From Caldilineales bacterium (GTDB lineage Bacteria; Chloroflexota; Anaerolineae; JAAEKA01): a DNA stretch of 58,498 nucleotides. Of this stretch, positions 36,501 to 47,598 are shown piece after piece. Positions within the stretch are counted from its first letter, which is position 1, and each line of letters starts with the position of its first letter. Location of the stretch: NCBI GenBank assembly GCA_025055015.1, contig JANWYQ010000006.1, positions 1-58,498 on the forward strand, given 5' to 3'. The translations under genes were made by a program, and so were the position numbers. Below the pieces are notes generated by a model. That model searched no databases, was not told where the DNA came from, and saw only the letters and a program-made list of their open reading frames with translations.

Positions 36501-37631
36501 ATGTCCTTTGTCTTTGTTCCCTCTCGACGCTTGCGATCCCTGAGCGCCGTGGTGGCTGCTTTTTGGCTGGCGGCCGCTGTGGCCATGCCAGCCTTCGCCG
36601 CAACCCAGCCGCCCAACGCCATCACGCTGCTCTACTTCCGCGCCACGCCGCGGCCTGACAGCGTGTATCTCAAGTGGGAGACCGGGGCAGAGGTTGACCA
36701 CGGCGGCTTCCTTCTCTATCGCAGCACCGTGCGCCAGGACCCCAACCGCGGCGTCCGCCTGGCCGACTTCCCCCCGCGCGGGGACGTGGGCGGCGCCGTG
36801 TACGAGTACACCGACACCAGCGTCACCCCAGGCACAACCTACTACTACAGCTTGGTGGCTGTGGACGTGCGCGGCAACGAGGTGACCTACTTCACCGATC
36901 CGCCGGGCGTGACGCCGGGGCAGCCCACCGCCACGCCCACCCCCACCGCCACGCCTGTCCCGACGGCCACGCCCACAGCTACGGCAGTCCCGGCCACGCC
37001 AACGCCGCTGCCCACGGCCACGCCCGTGCCGACGACGGCGGCCGGCGCCTCCGGCAGCGAGGGCCAGGCTCCCACGGCCACGCCTGTGGCGCCGCCGACG
37101 CCCACCAGCCCGGCCCCGGCCGTGCCGCCGCCTCCCGCGCCGACCCCTGTTCCTCCGCCCCCTGCGGCCGGCGTTACCCCTGCGCCGACGCAGCCCGTCG
37201 TCGTTCAGCCCCCTGCGCCTCCCGCAGCCGACACGCCGCCCAGCGCGCCGGCCGCCCCTGCACCCGCGGTGGAGACGCCCACTGAACCTCCGGCGGTGGA
37301 CACCCCTGAGCCGACGCCTGTGGTGCCGCCGGAGAGCGCTTCTCCTTCGCCGCCCGACGCTGCCCCGGCTCAACCGGTCGCTCCTCCTGCCGAGCAGCCC
37401 GGCCAGCCCCAAGCGCTGACCCAGGCCCCCACGCCCACGCCGGCCGCAGTAGCCCAGGTGCCGGCTCGCCAGCCGCGCGCGACCCCACGGCCCGGCGAGG
37501 GCAGCTCGAGCGCGGGTGGGGCGCGCGCCCTGGTGGCGGTGGTGGCGGCCGTGGCCCTGGGGGCGGCTGCCCTGTTGATCGCGCTGATCGTCGTCCTTTG
37601 GCTGCGCACACGGGGCGCTCAGGAGCCATGA
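36501..37631 (+). CDS. Secreted FN3-like domain protein with about 200-aa Pro/Thr/Ala-rich linker and C-terminal hydrophobic anchor
   Basis: Signal peptide. FN3-like fold (LKWETGAEVDHGGFLLYRS...TYYYSLVAVDVRGNEVTYF). PT-rich low-complexity linker. C-terminal ALVAVVAAVALGAAALLIALIVVLWLRTRGAQEP (TM plus basic tail). Confidence 0.7.
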   Translation: MSFVFVPSRRLRSLSAVVAAFWLAAAVAMPAFAATQPPNAITLLYFRATPRPDSVYLKWETGAEVDHGGFLLYRSTVRQDPNRGVRLADFPPRGDVGGAVYEYTDTSVTPGTTYYYSLVAVDVRGNEVTYFTDPPGVTPGQPTATPTPTATPVPTATPTATAVPATPTPLPTATPVPTTAAGASGSEGQAPTATPVAPPTPTSPAPAVPPPPAPTPVPPPPAAGVTPAPTQPVVVQPPAPPAADTPPSAPAAPAPAVETPTEPPAVDTPEPTPVVPPESASPSPPDAAPAQPVAPPAEQPGQPQALTQAPTPTPAAVAQVPARQPRATPRPGEGSSSAGGARALVAVVAAVALGAAALLIALIVVLWLRTRGAQEP

Positions 37632-39850
37632 CCCGGTCCGCTCGCCTCCTGTGGGGGTTGGTCGCGGCGACGGCCGGGCTGGCTGCCCTGATGTTTTTCG
37701 TTCTGCGCCAGCCTCCCAGCGGCGCAACGCAGGCGCCTGAGGCCGCTCTGCCTCTGAAGGTGGTCACGGAGCAAGCCGGGCTGACGGCCATCACGGCCGA
37801 GGACCTGCGGCGAGCCGGCCTGGACCCCGACCAGGTGCCGCCGGAGCAGTGGCAGCTACGCCGCGAGGATCGGGTGGTGCCGCTGTTGCCCCTGGGGCAA
37901 GGCAGGGGCCTGCGGTTGGTGTTCTACGCAACGCCTAGCGACAACCTCTACAGCCCGCAGCAGGTGTACTGGCTCGAGGCGGCGCCCGAGGGAGGAGCGC
38001 GGCCGGAGGTTCGCCCGCTGGACCTGGAGCCGGCCGCGGCTCAGGCCGTGATCACCGGCACGCTGTGGGTGGACTGGCAGCGTCAGTACAACTCCCGGCT
38101 ACCCGAAGACCCCGAGGACGTTCGCCCGCCCCATGCGGCCCGCCCGCTGCCCAACCGCTGGGTTGGGGACGCGCTCTTCGGCGGCCGCGAGCTCAGCCTG
38201 CCCTTCTCGGCGCCCGATCTGGCGCCGGGGCCGGCCCAGCTGCATTTGCGCCTGTGGGCCAACACGGCCTCGCCCGCCTTCAACCCCGACCATCGGGTCA
38301 AGGTGCTGCTCAACGGCCAGGAGGTGGCTGAGGGCGTCCACGACGGCCAGGGCTTCTGGTCCATCGTGGCCGACGTGCCTGCCGGCCTGCTGCAGCCGGG
38401 GGAGAACACCTTGCTGCTGCGCGCGCCGGGGGACACCGGCGCCCGCGTGGAGCAGGACAACCCGGCCTGGATGAAGCTCACCTATCCCCGCGCGCTGACC
38501 GCACAGAACGGCAGCCTCGAGCTGGACTATCGCGGCGGCGGAGTCGCGGTGGCGGGCCTTCCGCCGCGCGAGACGGTGCTGGTGTGGGACGTGACGGAGC
38601 CCGACCGGCCGCTGCACCTGGCCTCCGAGGAGCCGCTGCGGAGCGACGCCCGCGGCCGCTTGGCTTTTGCCTATCCGGCGGAGGCCGGGGGAGAGCAGCG
38701 CCTGGCGGTGGCAGCGGTGTCGGCGCTGTTGCGACCGGCGCTGATCGCCGCCCCACAGCCGGAGAGCCTGGCGAGCCTGCCGGGCGCGGACTACCTGCTG
38801 ATCGGTCCCACCGACCTGCTGGCGGCCGCGCAGCCCCTGCTGGAGCGACGCCAGGCCCAAGGGCTGACGCCGCTGGCCGTCAACGTGGAGGCCGTCTACG
38901 AGCAGTTCGGCGCGGGCCGCCGCGGGCCGGAGGCGATCCGCGCCTTCCTGCGCCATGCGGTGGAGACTTGGGCGCTTCCCCCGCGCTTTGTGGTGCTGGT
39001 CGGCGACGCCAGCTACGATCCCAGGGGCTACACCGGCGAGGCAGCGCGCACTGCAGACCGCGTGCCGACCTGCCTGGTGGACACCTACTTCGTGGGGGAG
39101 ACGGCCAGCGACCACTGCTACGCCGACCTGGACGACGACCTGGCGCCGGAGCTGGCCGTGGGCCGCCTGCCGGCGCGCTCGGCCGACCAAGTGCAGGCCT
39201 TCGCAGCCAAGCTCGTCGCCTACGAGCAGACGCCCGCCGACGCCGACTGGCTGCGTCGCGCCTTACTGGTGGCCGACAAGGAGGCGGAGTTCCTGAATGC
39301 CTCCCAACGCATTGCCGAGGAGGCCTTGCAGCCGGCCGGCTACCAGACCCAGCTGCTGGACCTAGCCGACCCGGCCTACGCCCAGCCGGCCGACGCGCGC
39401 CAGACGCTGCTGGCCGCGCTGGACGCCGGCGTTGGCCTGATCAACTACTCCGGCCACGGCAGCCCGCGCTGGTGGGCCAGTGAGCTGCTGAGCAGCGAGG
39501 ACGCCCTCGGCCTGCGCAACCGCGAGCGCCTTCCCCTCGTCACGGCCATGACTTGCCTCACGGGCTACTTCCACCACCCCACCACCCTCTCCCTGTCGGA
39601 GGCGCTGTTGTGGGCGGAAGGGGGCGCCGCGGCCGCCTTCATGCCCTCCAGCGAGGGGGTGACGGTGGAGCAGCTGCCGGTGGCCCTCAGCTTTTACCAG
39701 CACCTGTTGAGCGGCCGGTACACTACCCTGGGGGAGGCCATCCGAGACACCAAGCGCGACCTGGTGCAGGCCAACGCCACCAACGCCGACATGATCCACA
39801 CCTTCAACCTGCTGGGGGATCCGGCCATGCGGCTGCCCTTTGTGCCGTGA
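37628..39850 (+). CDS. Peptidase family C25 (gingipain-like) multidomain protein, paralog of 33901..36423
   Basis: AGGAG SD, ATG overlapping the upstream stop. N-terminal TM/signal. DYLLIGPTDLL, FVVLVGDASYDP, INYSGHGSPRWW (His) and VTAMTCLTGYF (Cys). Shares a VYWL(A/E)A N-domain motif with the first C25 protein. Confidence 0.75.
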   Translation: MTRSARLLWGLVAATAGLAALMFFVLRQPPSGATQAPEAALPLKVVTEQAGLTAITAEDLRRAGLDPDQVPPEQWQLRREDRVVPLLPLGQGRGLRLVFYATPSDNLYSPQQVYWLEAAPEGGARPEVRPLDLEPAAAQAVITGTLWVDWQRQYNSRLPEDPEDVRPPHAARPLPNRWVGDALFGGRELSLPFSAPDLAPGPAQLHLRLWANTASPAFNPDHRVKVLLNGQEVAEGVHDGQGFWSIVADVPAGLLQPGENTLLLRAPGDTGARVEQDNPAWMKLTYPRALTAQNGSLELDYRGGGVAVAGLPPRETVLVWDVTEPDRPLHLASEEPLRSDARGRLAFAYPAEAGGEQRLAVAAVSALLRPALIAAPQPESLASLPGADYLLIGPTDLLAAAQPLLERRQAQGLTPLAVNVEAVYEQFGAGRRGPEAIRAFLRHAVETWALPPRFVVLVGDASYDPRGYTGEAARTADRVPTCLVDTYFVGETASDHCYADLDDDLAPELAVGRLPARSADQVQAFAAKLVAYEQTPADADWLRRALLVADKEAEFLNASQRIAEEALQPAGYQTQLLDLADPAYAQPADARQTLLAALDAGVGLINYSGHGSPRWWASELLSSEDALGLRNRERLPLVTAMTCLTGYFHHPTTLSLSEALLWAEGGAAAAFMPSSEGVTVEQLPVALSFYQHLLSGRYTTLGEAIRDTKRDLVQANATNADMIHTFNLLGDPAMRLPFVP

Positions 39851-39876
39851 GCGCAGCGTTTGTCCCGCGCGACGGC

Positions 39877-39905
39877 TTGGCAGCATGGCGCGATGTGTAG
39901 ATAAT
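39877..39905 (+). promoter_or_regulatory. Sigma70-type promoter for the BY-kinase/O-antigen ligase genes: TTGGCA-17-GATAAT
   Basis: TTGGCAgcatggcgcgatgtgtaGATAAT in an AT-rich patch, about 35 nt upstream of the ATG at 39941. Confidence 0.4.
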
Positions 39906-39940
39906 GCATCTGTACCTCAGCGGAAAAAGAAGGAACTTTC

Positions 39941-41614
39941 ATGGAGCTGCGAGAATACGTAAACCTGCTGCGCAAGTGGCTGTGGTTGATCCTGGTAACG
40001 ACGGTTTCGGCAGCCATCATCGCTTTCTTCGTCAGCCGTGGCCAGACGCCCATCTACCAGGCCACGGCTACCGTGTTGATCAACCAAGCGCGGTCGCCCG
40101 TTCGGGGCACGGAGTACGCCGACATCCTCACCAGCGAGCGGGTGGCCCGCACCTACGCGGAGCTGCTCAAGGGGTGGCCTGTGCTGGAGGAAGCCGTGCG
40201 CAAGATGGGCTTCACCCAGGAGTTTCGTGAGCTGCAAAAGGCCTACCAGCTCAGCGTCAGCATCACCCCCATCCGCGACACGCAGCTGATCAACCTCCAG
40301 GTGCAGGCCAACGACCCAGCCTTGGCGGCCGAGCTGGCCAACACCCTCCCCGAGGTGTTCAAGGGGGTCAACCAGGCACGGCAGCGGGAGCGCTTCGAGA
40401 CCACCCGCAAGGAGCTGCAGGCGGAGCTGGCTGCGGTGGAGAAGGATATCGTCGCCACCCAGGAGGCGATCGCCCAGCTTTCCGAGTCGCAGTCGGCCGA
40501 GGACAAGGCGCAGGTGAGCCGCCTGCAGAGCGCGCTCAGGCGCTACGAGGCCACCTACAACTCCCTGCTGAACAGCCTGGCCGAGCTGCGGCTCACCGAG
40601 GCGCAGGCCACCGACAACGTGGTCCTGGCCACCCCTGCCCAGCCGCCCAAGAACCCGGTGCGGCCGCGCGTGCTGTTCAACACGCTGTTGGCGGCCATCG
40701 TCGGCGCCATGTTGGCGGTGGGCGTGGCGTTTTTGATCGAGTACCTGGACGACACCGTCAAGACCCCCGACGACGTGCGGGCCGTCAGCGGCCTGCCCAC
40801 CTTGGCCGCTGTGGTGGAGCTTGAGGCGGACACGCCGCAACAGCGCCTGGTGGCTTTGACTGCCCCGCGCTCGCCTGAGGCGGAAGCGTATCGGGTGTTG
40901 CGCACCAACCTGCAGTTCTCGTCGCTGGACAAACCGCTGCGCGCTCTGATGGTCACCAGCGCCGGGCCCGGCGAAGGGAAGAGCACCACGGCCACGAACC
41001 TGGCGGTGGTGTTTGCCCAGGCCGGCTCGCGCGTGCTGCTGGTGGACGCCGACCTGCGCCGGCCCAGCATCCACAGGCTGCTCCAGGTGCCCAACAACAC
41101 GGGTCTCACCACGGCTCTGCTGCAGGTGGGCAACCGGCCGGAGGACTTCGTGCAGGCCACGGCCCAGCAGAACCTCTCGGCCTTGACCACGGGCCCCATC
41201 CCCCCGAACCCGGCCGAGCTGTTGGGTTCGGCCCGCATGCACGACCTGCTCACCCATCTGAAAGAGCGCTACGACCTCGTGGTGGTGGACAGCCCGCCGG
41301 TGTTGGCCGTGGCCGACGCCACCATCCTCTCCAACCAGGCGGACGGGGTGTTGATGGTGGTCAGTGCAGGCGAGACCCGGTTCGAGATGCTGGCGCAGGC
41401 TCTGGAGCGCCTCACGGGCGTGGGGTCCCGGCCGTTGGGCGTGGTGCTGAACAAGCTGACGCCGGACAGCGGCGGCTCGTACTACTACTACTACTACGCC
41501 AGCCAATACCACAGCGGCGATGGGGCCGACGGCGGCGCTGCTCCGCCCTCGGCCGGCAACGGGAAGCTGCGCCGGCTGCGCTCGCCCAAGCCCAGCGGTC
41601 AGGCTACCACCTAG
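39941..41614 (+). CDS. Polysaccharide co-polymerase/tyrosine autokinase (Wzz + CapB/Wzc-like BY-kinase)
   Basis: Wzz-like N-terminus with TM. Walker A VTSAGPGEGKSTTATNLAVVFA. C-terminal tyrosine cluster YYYYYYASQY. Confidence 0.85.
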   Translation: MELREYVNLLRKWLWLILVTTVSAAIIAFFVSRGQTPIYQATATVLINQARSPVRGTEYADILTSERVARTYAELLKGWPVLEEAVRKMGFTQEFRELQKAYQLSVSITPIRDTQLINLQVQANDPALAAELANTLPEVFKGVNQARQRERFETTRKELQAELAAVEKDIVATQEAIAQLSESQSAEDKAQVSRLQSALRRYEATYNSLLNSLAELRLTEAQATDNVVLATPAQPPKNPVRPRVLFNTLLAAIVGAMLAVGVAFLIEYLDDTVKTPDDVRAVSGLPTLAAVVELEADTPQQRLVALTAPRSPEAEAYRVLRTNLQFSSLDKPLRALMVTSAGPGEGKSTTATNLAVVFAQAGSRVLLVDADLRRPSIHRLLQVPNNTGLTTALLQVGNRPEDFVQATAQQNLSALTTGPIPPNPAELLGSARMHDLLTHLKERYDLVVVDSPPVLAVADATILSNQADGVLMVVSAGETRFEMLAQALERLTGVGSRPLGVVLNKLTPDSGGSYYYYYYASQYHSGDGADGGAAPPSAGNGKLRRLRSPKPSGQATT

Positions 41615-41635
41615 GCGGGCCGCCCGGCTGCCTCT

Positions 41636-42913
41636 ATGCTGCGCTCCCTTGGACTTTGGCTAGAGCGGCTGCGGCCCCTGTGGGTTGGAGCCGCTCTGCT
41701 GACTCTGGTGGCGGCCGAGGCGCGCTACGCTCCGGTAGGCATGGCCGCGTTGGCCGTGCTGTGGGCGTGGTCCGGCGTGAGCACTGGGCGATGGCTGGGC
41801 CTCTCGCCCTTGGCCCTTCCCTGGCTGATCTGGCTGGCCATGGTGCCGGTGACGCTGTGGGCGACGGCAGCGCCGGAGCTCACCCGGGAGGCGCTGGCCG
41901 CCCTGGCCGCCCAGGGGATCGCTTTTTGGGCCATGAGCACGTGGACGCGCAACGACCAGCGGATGCAGTGGGCGTGGGGCGGGTTGATGCTGGCTGCCCT
42001 GGCTCTCAGCGGCCTCTCCCTCTTCTGGCTGGAGTGGAGCGGACGGCTCTTCGCCGTGCCTGCTGCCATCCGCAGCTTGGCCGGTGGGCCGGGGCCGCTC
42101 CAGGGCGAGGTAGTGAACAAGAACGTGATGGCCGGCGTGTTGGTGGGGCTGTGGCCGCTGGCCCTGGCGTGGGCGGCGACGCCATGGGAGCGCGGACGGC
42201 TGGGGCGACAGGCGGCCGGGGCGGCGGTGGCAGCCGCCGTGCTGGCGGTGCTGGTGCTTTCCCAGTCGCGCGGGGCTTGGCTGGCGGCGGCGGGCAGCCT
42301 CTTCCTGTTGGCAGCTATGCGCTGGCCCCGGCTCTGGTGGGCGGCGCCCATCGCCCTGGCCGCCGGCCTGGCGCTGTTGGTGCGCGGCGGCGTCGCAGCG
42401 GTGATGCAGAGCGACGCGCTGGGGGGCCTGGACGGCCGGCTGGAGCTCTGGTCCCGAGCCCTCTACGCATTGCAGGACTTCGCCTTCACCGGCATCGGCA
42501 TGGGAGCCTTTCGCCGGGTGATCCCCCTTCTTTACCCCTACTTTGTCTTCGAGCCGACGGCCGACATCAACCACGCCCACAACCTGTGGCTACAGGTCGG
42601 CGTGGACCTGGGGATGCCGGGGCTGGTCGCCTTTCTCAGCATGGGTTTGGCTACGGCGGCGCTGCTGTGGCACGCCTTGGCCCGTGGCCCGGCGGGGGTC
42701 CAGCCGCGGCGGTGGTTTTTGCGCGGGGCGGTGGCCGGCCTGACCGCTGCGCTGATCCACGGCATCCTGGACGTGGTGACGTGGAACACGCGGCCGGCCT
42801 TTCTGGTGTGGGCCGTGTGGGGCGCGGCGGTGGGCATGGCCGCGTGGACGGTGGAACAACAGGCCGTCGCCGGGCTGAGCGACCGCTCGGCGTCAGCAGC
42901 ACAGGAGGCGTAA
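41636..42913 (+). CDS. O-antigen ligase/Wzy_C-family polysaccharide polymerase-ligase membrane protein
   Basis: 10-12 TM. Central periplasmic loop region with AWLAAAGSLFLLAAM...Y...FTGIGMGAF typical of O-antigen ligase family. Confidence 0.7.
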   Translation: MLRSLGLWLERLRPLWVGAALLTLVAAEARYAPVGMAALAVLWAWSGVSTGRWLGLSPLALPWLIWLAMVPVTLWATAAPELTREALAALAAQGIAFWAMSTWTRNDQRMQWAWGGLMLAALALSGLSLFWLEWSGRLFAVPAAIRSLAGGPGPLQGEVVNKNVMAGVLVGLWPLALAWAATPWERGRLGRQAAGAAVAAAVLAVLVLSQSRGAWLAAAGSLFLLAAMRWPRLWWAAPIALAAGLALLVRGGVAAVMQSDALGGLDGRLELWSRALYALQDFAFTGIGMGAFRRVIPLLYPYFVFEPTADINHAHNLWLQVGVDLGMPGLVAFLSMGLATAALLWHALARGPAGVQPRRWFLRGAVAGLTAALIHGILDVVTWNTRPAFLVWAVWGAAVGMAAWTVEQQAVAGLSDRSASAAQEA

Positions 42914-42915
42914 CC

Positions 42916-43269
42916 CTGAACTCAACAGAGATCGCTCACAAGATCGTGGACCTGATGGAGGAGAAGCAGGCGCGGGAGATCGTCCTGCTGGACGTGCGCA
43001 AGGCGCCCGCCGGCGCGCTGGCCGACTACTTCGTCATCTGCACCAGCGACAGCGTCCGCCAGACCGAGGCGATCCTGGAGGCGGTGGCCATCGGCCTGCG
43101 CAAGGAGGGCGTGCTGCCCATGCGCAACCCGGAGGGCAGCGCCGACGCCGGCTGGATCCTGCTGGACTACCTGGACGTGGTGGCCCACGTCTTCGACGCC
43201 CCCACGCGACGCTTCTATCGGCTGGAAGAGCTGTGGAAGGATGCGCAGGTGGTGTTGAAGATGCAGTGA
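42916..43269 (+). CDS. rsfS: Ribosome silencing factor RsfS (Iojap family); start codon uncertain (CTG, or ATG at 42952)
   Basis: LNSTEIAHKIVDLMEEKQAREIVLLDVRKAPAGALADYFVICTSDSVRQTEAILEAV is the RsfS profile. AGGAGG SD at 42904-42909. No ATG/GTG at the expected position, and the track ORF is fused in-frame to the upstream antisense ORF. Confidence 0.65.
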   Translation: MNSTEIAHKIVDLMEEKQAREIVLLDVRKAPAGALADYFVICTSDSVRQTEAILEAVAIGLRKEGVLPMRNPEGSADAGWILLDYLDVVAHVFDAPTRRFYRLEELWKDAQVVLKMQ

Positions 43270-43290
43270 GCGCGCTTGGACCGCAGAGAA

Positions 43291-43331
43291 CGCCGCGGCG
43301 CAGCGCCCACGGTAGACGCTGCGCCGCGGCG
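43291..43331. terminator. Perfect 15-bp GC-rich hairpin between convergent rsfS and ndk (bidirectional terminator candidate, no U-tract)
   Basis: CGCCGCGGCGCAGCG-cccacggtaga-CGCTGCGCCGCGGCG, exact inverted repeat. Confidence 0.4.
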
Positions 43332-43344
43332 GTGGTCGGCGCAC

Positions 43345-43797
43345 TTAGGCCTCGTAGATCCAAGGGTCAATGGCCCGGCGATAGCTGAGCAGCTCGCCCT
43401 CGCTGAACCAGAGGGCCAGCTCCTGCGCCGCCGTCTCCGGTCCATCGGAGCCGTGCACCAGGTTGAAGCCGATGTCCATGGCGAAGTCGGCGCGAATGGT
43501 GCCGGCCGCAGCCTTGGCAGGGGAGGTAGCGCCCATGGTGGCGCGCGTGATCTCGATGGCGTTGTTTCCCTCCAGCGCCATCACCACCACCGGGCCCGAG
43601 GTGATGAACTTGATGAGGCCGGGGAAGAAGGGCTTGCCCTCGTGTACGGCGTAGTGCTGCCGGGCCAGCGCCTCGCTGACCTGCATCATCTTCATGCCGA
43701 CGATGCGCAGCCCGCGGCGCTCCAGTCGGCTGATGATCTCGCCGATCAGCCCGCGCTGCACGGCGTCCGGTTTGATGATCACCAATGTACGTTCCAT
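43345..43797 (-). CDS. ndk: Nucleoside diphosphate kinase
   Basis: [39 protein letters not shown]...NLVHGSD, 150 aa. GAGGAG SD. It is the C-terminal in-frame part of track ORF 43345..45000. Confidence 0.9.
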   Translation of the reverse strand: MERTLVIIKPDAVQRGLIGEIISRLERRGLRIVGMKMMQVSEALARQHYAVHEGKPFFPGLIKFITSGPVVVMALEGNNAIEITRATMGATSPAKAAAGTIRADFAMDIGFNLVHGSDGPETAAQELALWFSEGELLSYRRAIDPWIYEA

Positions 43798-43832
43798 GCT
43801 TTCTCCTCGTGGAAGGGGGAATGGTCTAGGGG

Positions 43833-44873
43833 CTAGCTCAGCCCGTGCGCCCGGCGGACGTGCGCCAGGACGTCGTCCGCGCGGCGCGAGGGCCACGGGC
43901 AGGGGCCCAAGGGATCGCTGATGGCGTCGCTGACCCCGCTGAGCTGGCGTAGGGTGTTCAAGATGCAGTGGGCCAACACTTGGAGGTGGTAGCCGCCCTC
44001 CAGGGTGAACACCAAGCGGCCGTCGCAGGTCTCGTCGGCCAGCGCCATCAGCCGCTCCACCAGGTCGGCGTAGCCGGGGATGGTGAGCTGCATGCCGGCC
44101 AGGGGGTCGTTCCAGTGCGCGTCGAAGCCGGCCGACACCAGGATCAGCTCCGGCCCGAAGCGGCGGGCGATGGGCAGCAGCACCTGGTCGAAGGCCTCGG
44201 CGTAGCCCTCGTCCCCGACGCCGGCCGGGAAGGGCACGTTCACCGTAGCGCCCGCGCCGGGGCCGTGGCCGATCTCCCGCCAGTGGCCGGTGCCCGGGTA
44301 GAAGGGATATTGGTGGGTGTTGAAGACGAGCACGGTGGGGTCGCTGTAGAAGGCGTCCTGGGTGCCGTTGCCGTGGTGCACGTCGAAGTCCACGATCAGC
44401 ACCCGCGCCACGCCGTGCTCCGCCTGGGCGAAGCGCGCTGCCACGGCCACGTTGTTGTACAGGCAGAAGCCCATGCCGCGGTCCGGGGTGGCGTGGTGGC
44501 CGGGCGGCCGCACCAGGGCGAAGCCGTTGCGGGCTCGTCCGGTCAACACGGCGTCTACCACCTGGCACAGGCCGCCGGCCGCCAGCCGCGCCGCCTGCTC
44601 CGAGTCCCGGGCCACGTAGGTGTCGGCGTCCAGGTGGGCCTCCAGCGCCGCCGCGCGCGCCACGTTCTCTAGGTGGCGCCGGGTGTGCACCCGCAGGAGC
44701 TGCTCGTCGCTGGCCGGCAGCGAGGGAACGGCCAACAGGGAGGACAGGATGCCGTCCTCCTCCAGCAGGCGCCAGGCGCCGGCCAGCCGCTGGCGGTTTT
44801 CCGGGTGGCCGTCCAGGTGGTGGCGCAGGTTGAAGGGGTCGTAGCAGTAGGCTGTTGGCAAGGTCGCGGTCAT
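43833..44873 (-). CDS. Histone deacetylase-family amidohydrolase (AcuC/HDAC-like)
   Basis: [34 protein letters not shown] zinc-site motifs. 346 aa. Confidence 0.85.
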   Translation of the reverse strand: MTATLPTAYCYDPFNLRHHLDGHPENRQRLAGAWRLLEEDGILSSLLAVPSLPASDEQLLRVHTRRHLENVARAAALEAHLDADTYVARDSEQAARLAAGGLCQVVDAVLTGRARNGFALVRPPGHHATPDRGMGFCLYNNVAVAARFAQAEHGVARVLIVDFDVHHGNGTQDAFYSDPTVLVFNTHQYPFYPGTGHWREIGHGPGAGATVNVPFPAGVGDEGYAEAFDQVLLPIARRFGPELILVSAGFDAHWNDPLAGMQLTIPGYADLVERLMALADETCDGRLVFTLEGGYHLQVLAHCILNTLRQLSGVSDAISDPLGPCPWPSRRADDVLAHVRRAHGLS

Positions 44874-44951
44874 GGCCCACCTCCGGTGTCGAAGGACAAA
44901 AAGGCTGGAAGGGCCGGCGCCTTCCAGCCTTTTCGCCTGCTGCGCTTCCTC

Positions 44952-47240
<2,289 letters not shown>

Positions 47241-47324
47241 AACGTCTGTGTTTACCTCCCAACAGAGATTGCAGATTACGTCCTGACCTAACGGAGGCGA
47301 CAAGCCCTACGGCCGCAAGGCACT

Positions 47325-47362
47325 AAAAAAGAGCCTCTGCGAGGGACGTTGCAGAAGGCTCT
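47325..47362 (-). terminator. Intrinsic-terminator-like hairpin plus U-tract inside the hppA 5' leader (candidate attenuator or riboswitch expression platform)
   Basis: Minus-strand RNA reads AGAGCCUUCUGC-aacgucccuc-GCAGAGGCUCU-UUUUUU. An upstream AGCCUCUG can alternatively pair with the 3' half (antiterminator-like). Confidence 0.4.
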
Positions 47363-47491
47363 TTGCGGCATCAGAGGCTTGCGCTGGCAGCGGGCGGCTG
47401 GGCGATGCCCTGTACGCCAGGCCTCGGCTGTGCAGACAAGCATCAAGGTGTCGTATCAGAGCGACCCCAGCGGCGCCCTCAGCGATTGCGG

Positions 47492-47520
47492 ATTATAGCG
47501 CAAGCAAATTGAGAAGTCAA
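47492..47520 (-). promoter_or_regulatory. Consensus sigma70 promoter for hppA: TTGACT-17-TATAAT, giving an about 245-nt leader
   Basis: Reverse complement of 47492-47520 reads TTGACTtctcaatttgcttgcgcTATAAT. It is back-to-back with the corA promoter. Confidence 0.55.
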
Positions 47521-47535
47521 ACACAAAGAGCGCAA

Positions 47536-47564
47536 TTGACACACGGTCAGAAAGCAAGCATAAT
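47536..47564 (+). promoter_or_regulatory. Sigma70 promoter for corA (second paralog): TTGACA-17-CATAAT
   Basis: TTGACAcacggtcagaaagcaagCATAAT, 35 nt upstream of the ATG at 47599. Confidence 0.55.
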
Positions 47565-47598
47565 ACGACCAGCGAAGTCCTGCCCCTGCGAGCGAGCC

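Noticed and set aside
33934-37727. ORFs 33934..35019 (-), 36474..37727 (-), 37174..37794 (-)
   Set aside because: Antisense to the C25 peptidase and PT-rich protein genes.
38099-41512. ORFs 38099..39190 (-), 38584..39483 (+), 39917..41512 (-)
   Set aside because: Antisense or alternate frames of the second C25 and the BY-kinase genes.
41656-43269. 537-aa plus ORF
   Set aside because: Alternate frame across the O-antigen ligase gene. Only its in-frame 3' portion corresponds to rsfS, which was called separately.
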